Numbered from the stretch's first letter, positions 10,909-22,272 are shown. The stretch: 64,000 bases of DNA from Malacoraja senta (GCA_038087875.1 CM075990.1:2978001-3042000); one strand, 5' to 3'. Notes: generated from the sequence alone by a model not told the origin. Numbers and translations are program-made.

Positions 10909-11335
10909 CGTAACTCGGCGGGACAGTCAGCATCTCTGGAGAGAAGGAATGGGTGACGTTTCAGGTCGAGATCCTTCTTCAGACTGCAGGGAAACAGGCC
11001 TTTTGGCCCATCGAGTCTGCGCCGACCATCAATCACCCATACACTAGTTTAATGTCTGTTTGTATTATATATATAATTCAGTTCAGTTTACCGAGGTAGA
11101 GTGAAAAGCATTGTGTTGCGTGCTAACCAGTCAGCAGAAAGACAATACATGATTACAATCAATGCATTTACAGCATATAGATTCATGATAAGGGAATAAT
11201 GTTTAGTGCAAGGTAAAGCCAGGAAAGTCTGATCAATTATAGACCGAGGAACATAGTAGTCCAGGACTGCTCTCTGGTTGTGGTAGGATGATTCAGTTGC
11301 CTGATAAAAGCTGGGAAGAAACTGTCTATAATATA

Positions 11336-12913
11336 CAGTGCATTCAGAAAGTATTCAGACCCCTTCACTTTTCACGCATTTTGTTACATTCCAGCCTTAT
11401 TTTAAAATGGATTAAATTCTCTTTTTTTAATTATCTATCTACACAACATCCCAGAATGTAGAAGTGAAAACAGGTGCTTTGAAATTTTTGCAAAGTAATT
11501 AAAAAGAAATAACTGAAATATCACATTTACATAAGCATTCAGACCCTTTGCTATGACACTCACAATTGAGCTCAGGTTCATCCTGTTTCCATTGATTATC
11601 CTTGAGATGTTTCTACAACTTGATTGGAGTCCACCAGTGGTAAATTAAATTGATTGGACATGATTTGGAAAGGCACACATCTGAGCAAAATCCAAGACAT
11701 GAAGATGAAGGAATTGTCCGTAGACCTCCTAGACAGGATTGTGTTGAGACACAAATCTGGGGAAGGGTATAAAACAATTCCTGCAGCATTGTAGGTCCCA
11801 AAGAGCACAGTGGCCTCCGTCATTCTTAAATGGAAGAACTGGAACCACCAGATCTCTTCATAGAGCTGGCTGCCCGGCCAAACTGAGCAATCGGGGGAGA
11901 AGGGCCTTGGTCACGGAGGTGACCAAGAACCCGATGGTCACTCTGACAGAGCTCCAGAGTTCCTCTGTGGAGATGGGAGAATCTTCCAGAAGGACAACTA
12001 TATCTGCAGCACTCCAGCAATCAGGCCTTTATGGTAGAGTGGCCAGATGGAAGCCACTCCTCAGTAAAAGGCACATGACAGCCCGCTTGGAGTTTGCTAA
12101 AAGACATGAGAAACAAGATTCTCTGGTCTGATGAAACCAAGATTGAACACTTTGGCCTGAATGCCAAGCGTGATGTCTGGAGGAAACCAGGCACCGCTCA
12201 TCACCTGGCCAATACCATACCTACGGTGAAGCATGGTGGTGGCAGCATCATTCTGTGGGGATGTTTTTCAGCGGCAGGAACTGGGAGACTAGTCAGGATC
12301 AAGGGAAAGATGAACGGAGCAAAGTACAGAGAGATCCTTGATGAAAACCTGCTCCAGAGCGTTCTGGACCTCAAACTGGGGCAGGGGTTCACCTTCCAAC
12401 AGGACAACCACCCTAAGCACACAGCCAAGACAACACAGGAGTGGCTTCGTGATAAGTCTGTGAATGTCCTTGAGTGGCCCTGCCTGAGCCTGGACTTGAA
12501 ATCAATCGAACATATCTGGAGGGACCTGGAAATAGCTGTGCATCGACGCTCCCCATCCAACCTGACAGAGCTTGAGAGGATCTGCAGAGAAGAATGGGAG
12601 AAATTACCCAAATACAGGTGTGCCAAGCTTGTAGCGTCATACCCAAGAAGACTTGAGGCTGTAATCGCTGCCAAAGGTGCCTCAACAAAGTACTGAGTAA
12701 AGGGTCTGAATACTTATGTAAATGTGGTATTTTAGTTATTTATTTTTAGTTACTTTGCAAGTATTTCTAAACACCTGTTTTTGCTTTTTTATTATGGGGT
12801 ATTGTGTGTAGATTGATGATAAAAAAAAAGAATTTGATCCATTTTAGAATAAGGCTGTAACGTAACAAAATGTGGAAAAAGTGAAGGGGTCTGAATACTT
12901 TCTGAATGCACTG
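11336..12913 (+). mobile_element. Tc1-like DNA transposon (IR/DR type), full length, defective
   Basis: TA|CAGTGCATTCAGAAAGTATTCAGACCCC ... GGGGTCTGAATACTTTCTGAATGCACTG|TA; ~215-bp TIRs each with inner and outer TTCAGACCC repeats; TA target duplication. Confidence 0.96.
11699..12696 (+). pseudogene. Tc1 DD34E transposase pseudogene
   Basis: ATG 11699 (MKMKELSVDL.DRIV), stop at 11792, frameshifts at ~11840 and ~12105; WSDETK, QQDNH and SIEH with 34 residues between the second D and E; ends GASTKY*. Confidence 0.92.
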
Positions 12914-12934
12914 TATATTTGTGTGTTTCGGGAC

Positions 12935-13455
12935 AAAACCACATTATAGGAAAGATGTTGTCAAGCTGGGAAGGTGGCAGAAAAGGTTTACGAGGCTGTT
13001 GCCAGGATTCAAGGGCCTGAGCTACAGGAAGAGTTTTAGTAGGATGGGATTTTATTCCTTGGAGCGCAGGAGGATGAGGGGTGATCTTATAGAGGTGTAC
13101 AAAAGCATGAGAGGAATAGATCGGGTGAATGCACAGAGTCTTTTGCCCAGTAGGTGAATCGAGGACCAGAGGACATAGGTGTAAGGTGAGGGAGAAAGAT
13201 TTAATAGGAGCCTGAGGGGTAACTTTTTCACAAAAGGGTGGTGGGTGTATAGAATGAGAAACCGGAGGAAGTAGTTGAGGCTGGTACTATTGCAATGTTT
13301 AATAAACATTTGGACAGGTACATGGATAGGGTAGGTTCAGAGAGATATAGGCAAAACACAGGCAGGCCAGACTAATGTATATGGGGCATGTTGGTCGGCA
13401 CGGGCAAATTGGGCCGAAGGGCCTGTTACCATGCTCTATGATACTATGGCTCTAT
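12935..13455 (+). mobile_element. CR1 LINE 3' fragment
   Basis: PHYRKDV..L.R.QKRFTRLLPG...LERRRMRGDLIEVYK. Confidence 0.85.
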
Positions 13456-13859
13456 GACCCTTCTTTAAACAGAGGGTTTGGGTTGTGTTACCAAATTGGT
13501 CATAGGCCCGTTGCCATAGCGGCACCGATCCCCTGATCCATCTGCCGCCATCTTGAAAATGCCCCTCTCCCCAGCATCCGCCGCTATCACCGACCCTCTC
13601 CACCTTCCTCCCCCGGTTCCCGGTCTTCGGGGTCGAGCAGGAGACGAGCCATGGACGATTCTGTGCGGGGTCCCTGTTCCGCGGCGGCGAGCTAGGCCTG
13701 GTGTCGGGGTGAGGCCGTGGCTGACTTGGAGCTTCTGCCGCACCGCGCCGTTCTGCTCAGCTCCATCTTCAGTGCAATCACGTATAGGAAGCCGGATCCA
13801 TTGAGTGTTTGGTGGGTGGGAAACCCTAGGATGTTTATGGTGGGAGATTCAATAGTTTA

Positions 13860-14148
13860 CTTTAGAGATAAGTGTGCGGAAACAGGCCCTTCAGCCCACC
13901 GAGTCCATGCCGACCAGCGACCCCAATACACTAGCATTATCCTACACGCACTAGCAACAATTTACAATTTTACCAAGCCAATTTACCTACAAACCTGTGC
14001 GTCTTAGGAGTGTGGGAGGAAAGCGGAGCTCCCGGAGAAAATGGGGAGAACGTACAAACTCTGTACAGAGAGCACCCGTAGTCAGGATCGATCCTGGGCC
14101 TCTGGCGCTGTAAGTCAGCAACTCTACTGCTGTGCCACCGTGCCGCCC
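13860..14148 (-). mobile_element. HE1/V-SINE-like SINE
   Basis: Reverse copy. Confidence 0.8.
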
Positions 14149-14515
14149 AATAATGGGTGTAATATTGAATTCAAGAGAGGTGTTCAGTCTGTTGGTATTT
14201 TGTTAACCCAAATGTGGGCAAATATTGCCTGCCTCTCACCTTCAACACGCCTTTGTTTTATACAAACTGAGTAGGAGATGTGTATACAAGTCTTGTTGTA
14301 TAAGAACATTGACTATTTAATTTCCTGGGGAACAATGAGCAGAATTTAACATAATGCAATGATTGCCAAACTAATCTTTCTTACCTTGTGGCAGAAGGAA
14401 GATGATTGATGAAACAATTAAAAGTAAGGAACTCCTGCAGTGGAGCCTGTGTTATGCCTCTCCTCCACTGCAAGATTTTACACCTTACACAACTTTCTCC
14501 TGTTCCATTTTCCAT

Positions 14516-14643
14516 ATTTATTAATTTGTTTAATATCCAGAAATCATTTGATCACTTTTTTGAATGTAAAAGACCACACGGCCACTGCCTTTCATTCAAA
14601 AAGGTGATCAATTAATTTCTGGATATTAAACAAATTAATGAAT
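14516..14643. repeat. Long inverted repeat (51-bp arms, 26-nt spacer)
   Basis: 14516-14566 is the reverse complement of 14593-14643 with about 4 mismatches. Confidence 0.9.
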
Positions 14644-14769
14644 CAATGAATGGGACTACAGGGCTGCTACAAAAATTCCAAAGATTCACCACACTCTGAG
14701 GGAATCCATTTTTCTTCATTTTGGGCCTAGTGCCAATATGTGGATGGGCCACTCTGCCCTGTTGCTGCT

Positions 14770-15088
14770 CTGCGCGGATACAGGCCCTTCAGCCCACCGG
14801 GTCCGCACCGACCAGGGATCCCCGCACACTAGCACAAGCCTACACACACTACTGACAATTGACACTTATGCCAAGTATAGAAACCCAAGCCAATTAACCT
14901 ACAAACCTGTACGTCTTTGGAGTGTGGGAGGAAACCGAAGATCTCGGAGAAAACCCACGCGGCCACAGGGAGAAGGTACAAACTCCGTACAGACAGCACC
15001 CGTAGTTGGGATCGAACCCGGGTCTCCGACGCTGCCAGCGCCATTAGGCAGTAACTCTACCGCTGCGCCATCGTGCCACCGTGCCACC
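14770..15088 (-). mobile_element. HE1/V-SINE-like SINE
   Basis: Reverse copy. Confidence 0.8.
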
Positions 15089-15599
15089 ATAAGGTTTTAT
15101 TACCTTAACTGAGTGCTTAGGTGTTGTAACTAATGTATTATCCCTATAAATGCCACATAGGAGGAGCAAAGGGAAAGATACAGAGTGTAGAATGTAGTTC
15201 TCATCATTACGACACACTAGTTATCGAGTCATGGAGTCATACAATGTGGAAACAGGCCCTTCGGCCCAACTTGCCCACACCGACCAACATATCCTATCTA
15301 GACTAATCCTACCTGCCAACATATCCCTCTAAACCTACCCTGTCCATGTCCCTGTGAAAATCTATATAATTAAAAGTCTCATCTTGACCACTTCCTGTTT
15401 GCACTGTGCTTTGATTTTAGAAAAAACGTTACCACATATGGCTGTGATTTTATGGCCATCTTACTCACAGTCCGCCTCCGCTGCGCAGGCCCTGAGGATT
15501 TTTCCCATCGATGAAAAATAAAAGACTTAATAGTGTTTAAAAAATCTCGAGATTCTCTCTCCTGTCAATCACCGCCATGAAGGCCACGACCCTTCCGGT

Positions 15600-15666
15600 G
15601 GGAGGGGGGAGGACTATAAAACCCGGAAGTGTGGGCGTGACTCAGTCTGTTTGCAAGATGGTGAGG
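15600..15666 (+). promoter_or_regulatory. Candidate Pol II core promoter inside the Helitron
   Basis: G-rich box, TATAAAA 15615, CCGGAAGT 15623, TGACTCA 15638, Inr-like TCAGTC (A at 15644), CAAGATG|GTGAGG at 15654-15666. Confidence 0.45.
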
Positions 15667-15754
15667 GAGAGGTCACGACTCTCTGCCTGAGCTGGGAAAC
15701 CACAGAACACTGTGAGTATGCAATGTATTTGAATAAATGATTTGTTAACCACTA

Positions 15755-16258
15755 ATGGAAATGAAATGAGTTGTTTGGCCTGCCCTGTGCTTGAAACTGC
15801 AAAGGCAATGCAAATGAAGTGAAAATGCAATGAGCTGTTTGGCTTGGGCCTGCTCTGTGCTTGAAACTGCAATGGCAATGGAAATGAAGTGAAAATGCAA
15901 TCAGCTGTATGGCTTGAGCCTGCCCTGTGCTTCAAAGTGCAATGGCAATGGAAATAAAGTGAAAATGCAATCAGCTGTTTGGCTTAAGCCTGCCCTGTGC
16001 TTGAAAGTGCAATGGCAATGGAAATAAAGTGAAAATGCAATCAGCTGTTTGGCTTGAGCCTGCCCTGTGCTTGAAAGTGCAATGGCAATGGAAATTAAGT
16101 GAAAATGCAATCAGCTGTTTGGCTTGGCCTGCCCTGTGCTTGAAACTGCAATGGCAATGGAAGTGAAATGCAAATACAATTAGCTATTCAGCCTGCCCTG
16201 TGCTTGAAATTGCAATCCAATTGGAAATGAAAGGAAATTAGTTGTTTGGCCTGCCTGA
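15755..16258. repeat. 70-bp minisatellite (~7 units) inside the Helitron
   Basis: TCAGCTGT recurs at 15901, 15971, 16041 and 16111; degenerate units at both edges. Confidence 0.92.
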
Positions 16259-17344
16259 AACCACTAATTTCGGCCCACAACCTATTAGCTGAGAAACCAG
16301 TCCCTTTTGCCCAAAATGCCCGTATTAGCCCAGGAGGAGCATTTTGGCCCAAAAGACCCATGCTAGGCCAGGAAAAGTCCAGAAAAAGTGCCTTTCACGG
16401 AGATTTCACTCAGATGTTTTTTTAAAGAGCTCCATCAGCCCACTAGCCCAGGAGTCCCCTTGGCCCATCAGTAAGTATTCCCCCTGCAAGTATTAAACCT
16501 CACCCCAGTATTTTTCTCCCTCCCTTCATTTGCTCCCTGTGAGATCCAGGCCAGGATAGACTTTCCACCTTCATTGCTGTGATCTGCAGAAAAAGATGAA
16601 AAAGGTCTCAAATTGATTCTCCACCCTCTCCCCCTTCTCTCTCACAGAGTCTCTCACCTGTTTTGGGCAGAATTTCTGGCAGTTTATGAGCTGCTAGCCC
16701 ACCAGATCCGAGTGACTGAGCTGCCAGCCCAAGAATCCATTTGGCCCACAATGTCCATACTAGCCCTCTGGAAACCAGTCCTTTGGCCCACAACACCCAT
16801 ACTAGCGCTCCAGAAAGCCCCCCCCCCCCCCCCACTGGCCAGCAATATTGGAATTGGTGGAGAGGTGGAATATTGCGTTGGGGGACCAGCCCTCCCCTGT
16901 GAACATGGGACCCAACGGGTCCCACTTAGTCTAGTGTTTCTTAAACCTTGCGATACTATCTGCCTCAACTACCTCCTCCGTTCCATACAGCCACCACCCT
17001 TTGTGAAATAAAGCCATCCCTCAGGCTCCTATTAAAATTCCAGAGACAAAGTCCAATGTCCACAAGGGGTGGGAATGAATCAGACAGTACCCAAGCTCAT
17101 GGAAGTACCCAAGTTCAGTAGGCCGATAACAGAGGGGAAGAAACTGTTCCTAAATGTTACCCATCGCCTGACTTGCACATTATCCCACTGCCCTTCATAG
17201 TTTATGGTGCCTTTAATGTTTTTAGATTGTTAAAATGGTTTTAGATTGAATTACATCATCTGCAGATATAATGAAAAGTTGTAACAAATTATTTCTGAGA
17301 GGCAACTTTACAATGGGATTATTGACTGACTTGCATCATACTAG

Positions 17345-17685
17345 AAAATAGACACAAAAAGCTGGAGTGACGCAGCGGGTTAGACAGCATCTCTGGAGAA
17401 AAGGAAAAAGGCTATGTTTTTGGGTCGAGACCTTCCTTCAGACTGAGGGGAGAGGGAGAGAAGAGGTACGAAAAGCTATAAAGAACAAATGAATGAAAGG
17501 TAAGCAAAAGGACAAATCAAAGGTGATCAAAAAAAAGGTGGAGCCCACAATGGTCCATTGTTGGCTGTGGAGAATGAGTGGATACAAACAGTGAAACGCA
17601 GGAGGACGACAGTGAAACTAGCAGGAAGACCAGGTTGGGGGAAGGATGGAGAGAGAGGGGATGCAAGGGTTACTTGAAGATAGAC
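17345..17685 (-). mobile_element. Penelope-like terminal region
   Basis: Shared unit plus degenerate hammerhead motif at ~17415-17443 and purine-rich 3' UTR-like block. Confidence 0.65.
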
Positions 17686-17880
17686 AAATGGATATGCATA
17701 CTTGATCACCCCTGATAGAAGCGGGTGGTAATGTGCTAGGATGCCTTTGCTGAGTGGTGTTGCACATGGAATAATCTTGTGTGTAGTAAATATGAATGAT
17801 TTGAATGTGAATGAATAACTTGTGATCAGTAACTTTGCAGATTACATGAAGATCAGTGGATAGTCCAGAGGGTAGTCTTA

Positions 17881-18136
17881 AGGGGCTGTCCCACTTACAC
17901 AACCGGCACTCATCATAGGTCATTACAGGTCGGCGAAAAATGTCAACATGTTGAAAATCCAGCGGCGACCAGAACAAGGTACGACTCTTTGGGCGACTAC
18001 TCACGACCGTACAGGCTTCACCCCACGACATGTCACCCAAAGAGTCGTAGCGTCTTTCTAGTTGCCGCTGGATTTTCAGCGACCTATGACGGGTGCCGAC
18101 AGTCGCTGAAAAAGTCGCGTAAGTGGGACAGGCCCT
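17881..18136. mobile_element. PIF/Harbinger-like MITE
   Basis: TIR AGGG(G/C)CTGTCCCACTTAC, 3-bp TSD TTA on both sides, inserted in a decayed CR1 RT fragment. Confidence 0.8.
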
Positions 18137-18334
18137 TTAGACTAAATGGTGATATCATTGTGCTGGTGAAATTGGCGTCTAAATAGCAGATGAATATGAA
18201 TCCTGTTAATTGTGAGGTGGTGCGTTTCAGGAGTGTCTTTGAGGCTCGGCACACACCCCACTTGGAAGTTCAGGGAGAAGATGGATATGGAACAGGTTCA
18301 GGGAGATGAGATTAGTTTTAACTTGGCATCATTG

Positions 18335-18820
18335 TTTATGGGTTGATGTATGATGAGCGTTTGATGGCCCTGGGCCTCTACTCGCTGGATTTTAGAAGGA
18401 TCAGGGGGGACATCATTGAAGCTTACCATTGCCCTGGATAGAGTGGATGTGATGAGGATGTTTTCACTATTGGGAGAGTCAAGGACCAGAGGTTATAGCC
18501 TCAGAATTAAACGATGTTTCTTTAGGAAGGAGATGAGGAATTTCTTTAGTCAGAGGGTGGTGAATCTGTGGAATTCATTGCCGTAGAAGACTATGGAGGC
18601 CAGGTCATTGGATATTTTTAAGGCAGAAGATCAATAGATATGCATAGAGTCATACAGCATGTAGATAGGATTCTTGATTAGTACGGGTGTCAGGGATTGT
18701 GGGGAGAAGGCAGGAGAATGGGGTTCAGAGGGAAAGATAGATCAGCCATGATTGAATGGCGGAGTAGACTTGATGGGCCGAATGGCCTAATTCTGCTTCT
18801 ATCACTTATGAACCTATGAA
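18335..18820 (+). mobile_element. CR1 LINE 3' fragment
   Basis: TTTAGTCAGAGGGTGGTGAATCTGTGGAATTC and typical 3' end. Confidence 0.85.
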
Positions 18821-19007
18821 TCACGTTTGGTACAAACATTGTGGGCTGAAGGGCCCGTTCCTGTGCTGTATTGTACTGTTCTATGTTCTATGTTAAATCG
18901 CTTACCTTAAATCTCTGTCCTTTAGTTTATCTCCCTCTCATTTGGGGAATATTTTCATGCGGTCCACCCTTTCTATACCCCACAAAATTTGATACACAGA
19001 GTATATG

Positions 19008-19250
19008 AAATTTGTACATTCTCCCTGTGTTTGTACGTTCTCCCTGTGACCGCGTGGGTTTTCTCCGGGTGCTCCGGTTTCCTTCCATACCCCAAAGACG
19101 TACAGGTTGGTAAGTTAATTGGCTTCTGTAAATTGTAAATTGTCCGTCGTGTGTAGGATAGTGTTAGTGTAGGGGTGATCGCTGGCTGGCGGGGACTCGG
19201 TGGGCCAAAGGGCCCGTTTCTGCCCCGTATCTCTAAAGTCTAAAGTCTAA
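19008..19250 (+). mobile_element. HE1/V-SINE-like SINE, head missing
   Basis: Core and (TCTAAAG)n tail. Confidence 0.75.
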
Positions 19251-19339
19251 CTTAGGTGGTTTCCGAGTCAATGTTAAATGGTCTATTTCGTTCCTCTTTG
19301 CCACTTCAATGGTTCAATGGTGCTTTTGTTGTCACCTAG

Positions 19340-20190
19340 TAAGTAAGTAAGTAAGTAAATTTTATTTATATAGCACGTTTAAATCAACTCGTGTTGAAAC
19401 CAAACTGCTTTACATCGAAGAAATAATTAAGTTTCCGTACATCCATAGAAAAATTAAAAAAAGAAAAATGACACAACACATTATAGAATTCAACATGAAT
19501 GTCCCCCCACAACAGAATCAAAATTTTCCACTGTGGGGAACGGCATCAGAATGTTCAGTCCTCTTCCTCTGTGATCACCCGAGGTCGGGGCCCATCTGTG
19601 GCCTCCGCAGCCAGTCCGATGTTTTCAGGCCCTCTTGCCGGGAAGATGGAACTCCGGCGTCGGGTGAACACTCCTCAGCAGCTTGGAATGTCTGGAGCGG
19701 CCGCTTCCTCCCCGGAGACCGCGACACCCGAAGTCCTCAGGCCGCGCTGGTTGGAGCTCCGACTCTGGCGATCTCGGATCCCAGGCTCCGCGGTGTTTTC
19801 AATCCAGCGCCACCCGCGGCTGGACGCTCGCAGCCACAGCTCCTCGGATGTTGGAGACGGCGGTCACAGCACTCCGGAGCTTACCGCTCAGCGACCCGGC
19901 AAAGGCATCCCTGCGCTGTGCCGCCACCGAAGATGTAGTCCCGGCCGGTCCCGACAGGAAACGCCGCTCCAGTCCGATGGTAGGCCGCGAGGAAGGGGCG
20001 ATGAAGCGGCTCGGAGGGAAGCTGCCACTCCGACCAGGTAGGGACTAGAAAAATAAAGTTCCCCCTCCACCCACCACATAAAATACCTCCTACTAACATT
20101 TTGTTTTTAACAGGACTAAAAATATAAATAAAAAAGGGTGAAAGGACGGACTGCAGGCAGAGCAGCCATACACAACGGCGTCCCACTCCT
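19340..20190 (-). mobile_element. Non-autonomous LINE-derived element with GC-rich body and L2-like tail
   Basis: Minus strand ends TGTAAAGCAGTTTGG...GTGCTATATAAATAAAAT(TTAC)n; GC-rich interior with no recognisable protein. Confidence 0.55.
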
Positions 20191-20799
20191 GCAGTCCGCC
20201 ATCTTTGTGGAAACGCACAGTGAAATTATTTTCTTACATACAGTCCAGTAACATTTTCCCACACCCAGGCCCATCCTTGATGAGCAAAGTGTACAGAAAT
20301 AATCTACTGAGCCCGTTTGCAAGAGGCGCCATATTTATGGAAGGACCGTTCAGTCATCTGATAACTGAAGGGGAAGAAGCTGTCCCTAAGTGCTAACCAT
20401 TATCTGACTTCTGTCATATCTATTCATGATGTTCTGCAAATTATCCCACTGCCCTTCATAGCTTTTGGTGCATTTTGTGTAGATTGTACCAAAAATGGGT
20501 TTAGATCGAATTACATCATCTGCAAACATAATGTCAAGTTTTATCAGATAGATAACTTAACTGGTTTCCTAGTCAATTCTTTGACAAACTGACCTAGAAT
20601 TTGATCAAGTCTGCATTGCAGGAACTCATCCTTGATGTTGTTACTATCTTATGTTGATGATGGCATGAGCAGGAGATGAATTCACGAAAGCTTCATGTAG
20701 TATAGGCGACAAAGATTGGCATCAGTATCGACCGTTCTGGCATTTTGGGCAAGAGCATTCGGCCAATGCGTGGAACACCATTGATGCCTACGTTGTACA

Positions 20800-21580
20800 C
20801 AACTCTACCTCCTTAGAAGGCTTCGGAAATTCGGCATGTCCCCTGCAACTCTTGCCGGCTTCTACAGATGCGCCGTAGACAACATTTTATCAGGATGCAT
20901 CACTGCTTGGTTTGGGAACAGCTCCATCCAAGACCGCAAGAAATTGCAGCAAATTATGGATGCAGCTCAGACCATCACACAAACCAACCTCCCTTCTACT
21001 GACTCCATTTACACCTCACGCTGCCTAGGCAAGGCCAGCAGCATAATCAAGGACAAGTCCCACCCTGGCCACTCACTCTTCTCCCCGCTCCCTTCAGGCA
21101 AAAAGTACAGAAGTGTGAAAACGCACACCTCCAGATTCAGGGACAGTTGCTTCCCAGCTGTTATCAGGCAACTGAACCATCCTACCACAACCAGAGAGCA
21201 GTTTTGATGACTATCTACCTCTTTGGTGACCCTTGGACTATCTTTTGATCGGAATTTAGACAATAGACAATAGGTGCAGGAGTAGGCCATTCGGCCCTTC
21301 GAGCCAGCACCATTCAATGTGATCAAGGCTGAACATCCCCAATCAGTACCCCGTTCCTGCCTACTCCCCCTATCACCTGACTCCACTATCTTTAAGAGCC
21401 CTATCTAGTTCTCTCTTGAAAGTATCCAGAACCGGCAGGTGGAGGCTAGCTTTTTTTTTGCTTGCACTATAAATGGCTCGATTGTAATCATGTATTGTCT
21501 TTCCACTGACTGGATGGCACGCAACAAAAGCTTTTCACTGTACCTCGGTACACGTGACAATACACTAAACTGGACAAACA
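20800..21580 (+). mobile_element. Rex1/Babar-type LINE 3' fragment with nested CR1 tail
   Basis: ORF 20836-21207 FYRC.V.NILSGCITAWFGN...RFRDSCFPAVIRQLN; CR1 tail inserted at ~21258-21430. Confidence 0.85.
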
Positions 21581-22127
21581 AGGCGCACTCTAAGTCCCCG
21601 CGATCATGATTTAGAATGAATTCTACACTGCGATTCCTCCTCTGGCACTTAAAACAACTGCAGCACATGACTGAACTTCATTGATCACGAGATTGCTTGT
21701 CTATTAAACTTTATTTGGAGTTGATTGGGTTGCTGGGCACTCATTGATATTGTTTTCATTATTACTCATTAGTTTGATGTTGAAAATTTTACTGGACAAT
21801 AGATTTGTCTTGCATAATATTAGGGAGTAACTGGAAAATGGATGTGTTATTAGAGAGGCTTATAGTTTTATGTGTTGTTAGATGGCAGATTTAATATGCT
21901 TGTCTATTTGTTCTGATATTTGTATTCTGTTGGGTTATTCGGCACTGACACAGAAGTTGTGTATACCATTGTTCAATCCATTAATGTAAGCACCTACAAT
22001 CAATAGTGCAATAAAGTACAGAGCTCCATACACAGTCATGCACTTCTTGAATTCTCTCAATGAGATATCATCAGTCTGACTGCACCATGTGTAAATTCTA
22101 ATTCTTGGTAATTTCATAGAATTATAG

Positions 22128-22261
22128 CGTTTAAGAAAGAACTGCAGATGCTGGAAAAATCAGACTGAAGAAGGGTCTCGACCCGAAACGTCGCCTATTC
22201 CTTCTCTCCATCGATGTTGCCTCATCCGCTGAGTTTCTCCAGCATTTTTTGTCTACCTTCG
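22128..22261. mobile_element. Penelope-derived inverted unit with hammerhead motif and TSD
   Basis: CTGAAGAAGGGTCTCGACCCGAAACGTC at 22165-22192; TSD TAGAATTATAG at 22117-22127 and 22262-22272. Confidence 0.75.
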
Positions 22262-22272
22262 TAGAATTATAG

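Larger units (their letters stand above)
15361..16934 (+). mobile_element. Non-autonomous Helitron
   Basis: 5' A|TCTATATAATTAAAAG; 3' hairpin TGGGACCC-AAC-GGGTCCCA (16906-16924), then CTAG|T; no TSD; flanks rejoin into a continuous CR1 3' fragment. Confidence 0.88.

Noticed and set aside
14385..14468. Possible small exon on either strand (minus-strand CAAG|GTAAGA donor; plus-strand GCAG...GTAAGG)
   Set aside because: Weak acceptor, no recognisable peptide and no partner exons in the window.
15755..16258. Regular repeats that might suggest a CRISPR array
   Set aside because: Head-to-tail units with no unique spacers, vertebrate context and no cas genes.
19468..20186. Several overlapping 100-180 aa ORFs
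   Set aside because: Open in multiple frames on both strands because of high GC; Arg/Pro/Ala-rich with no domain; lies inside a repeat.
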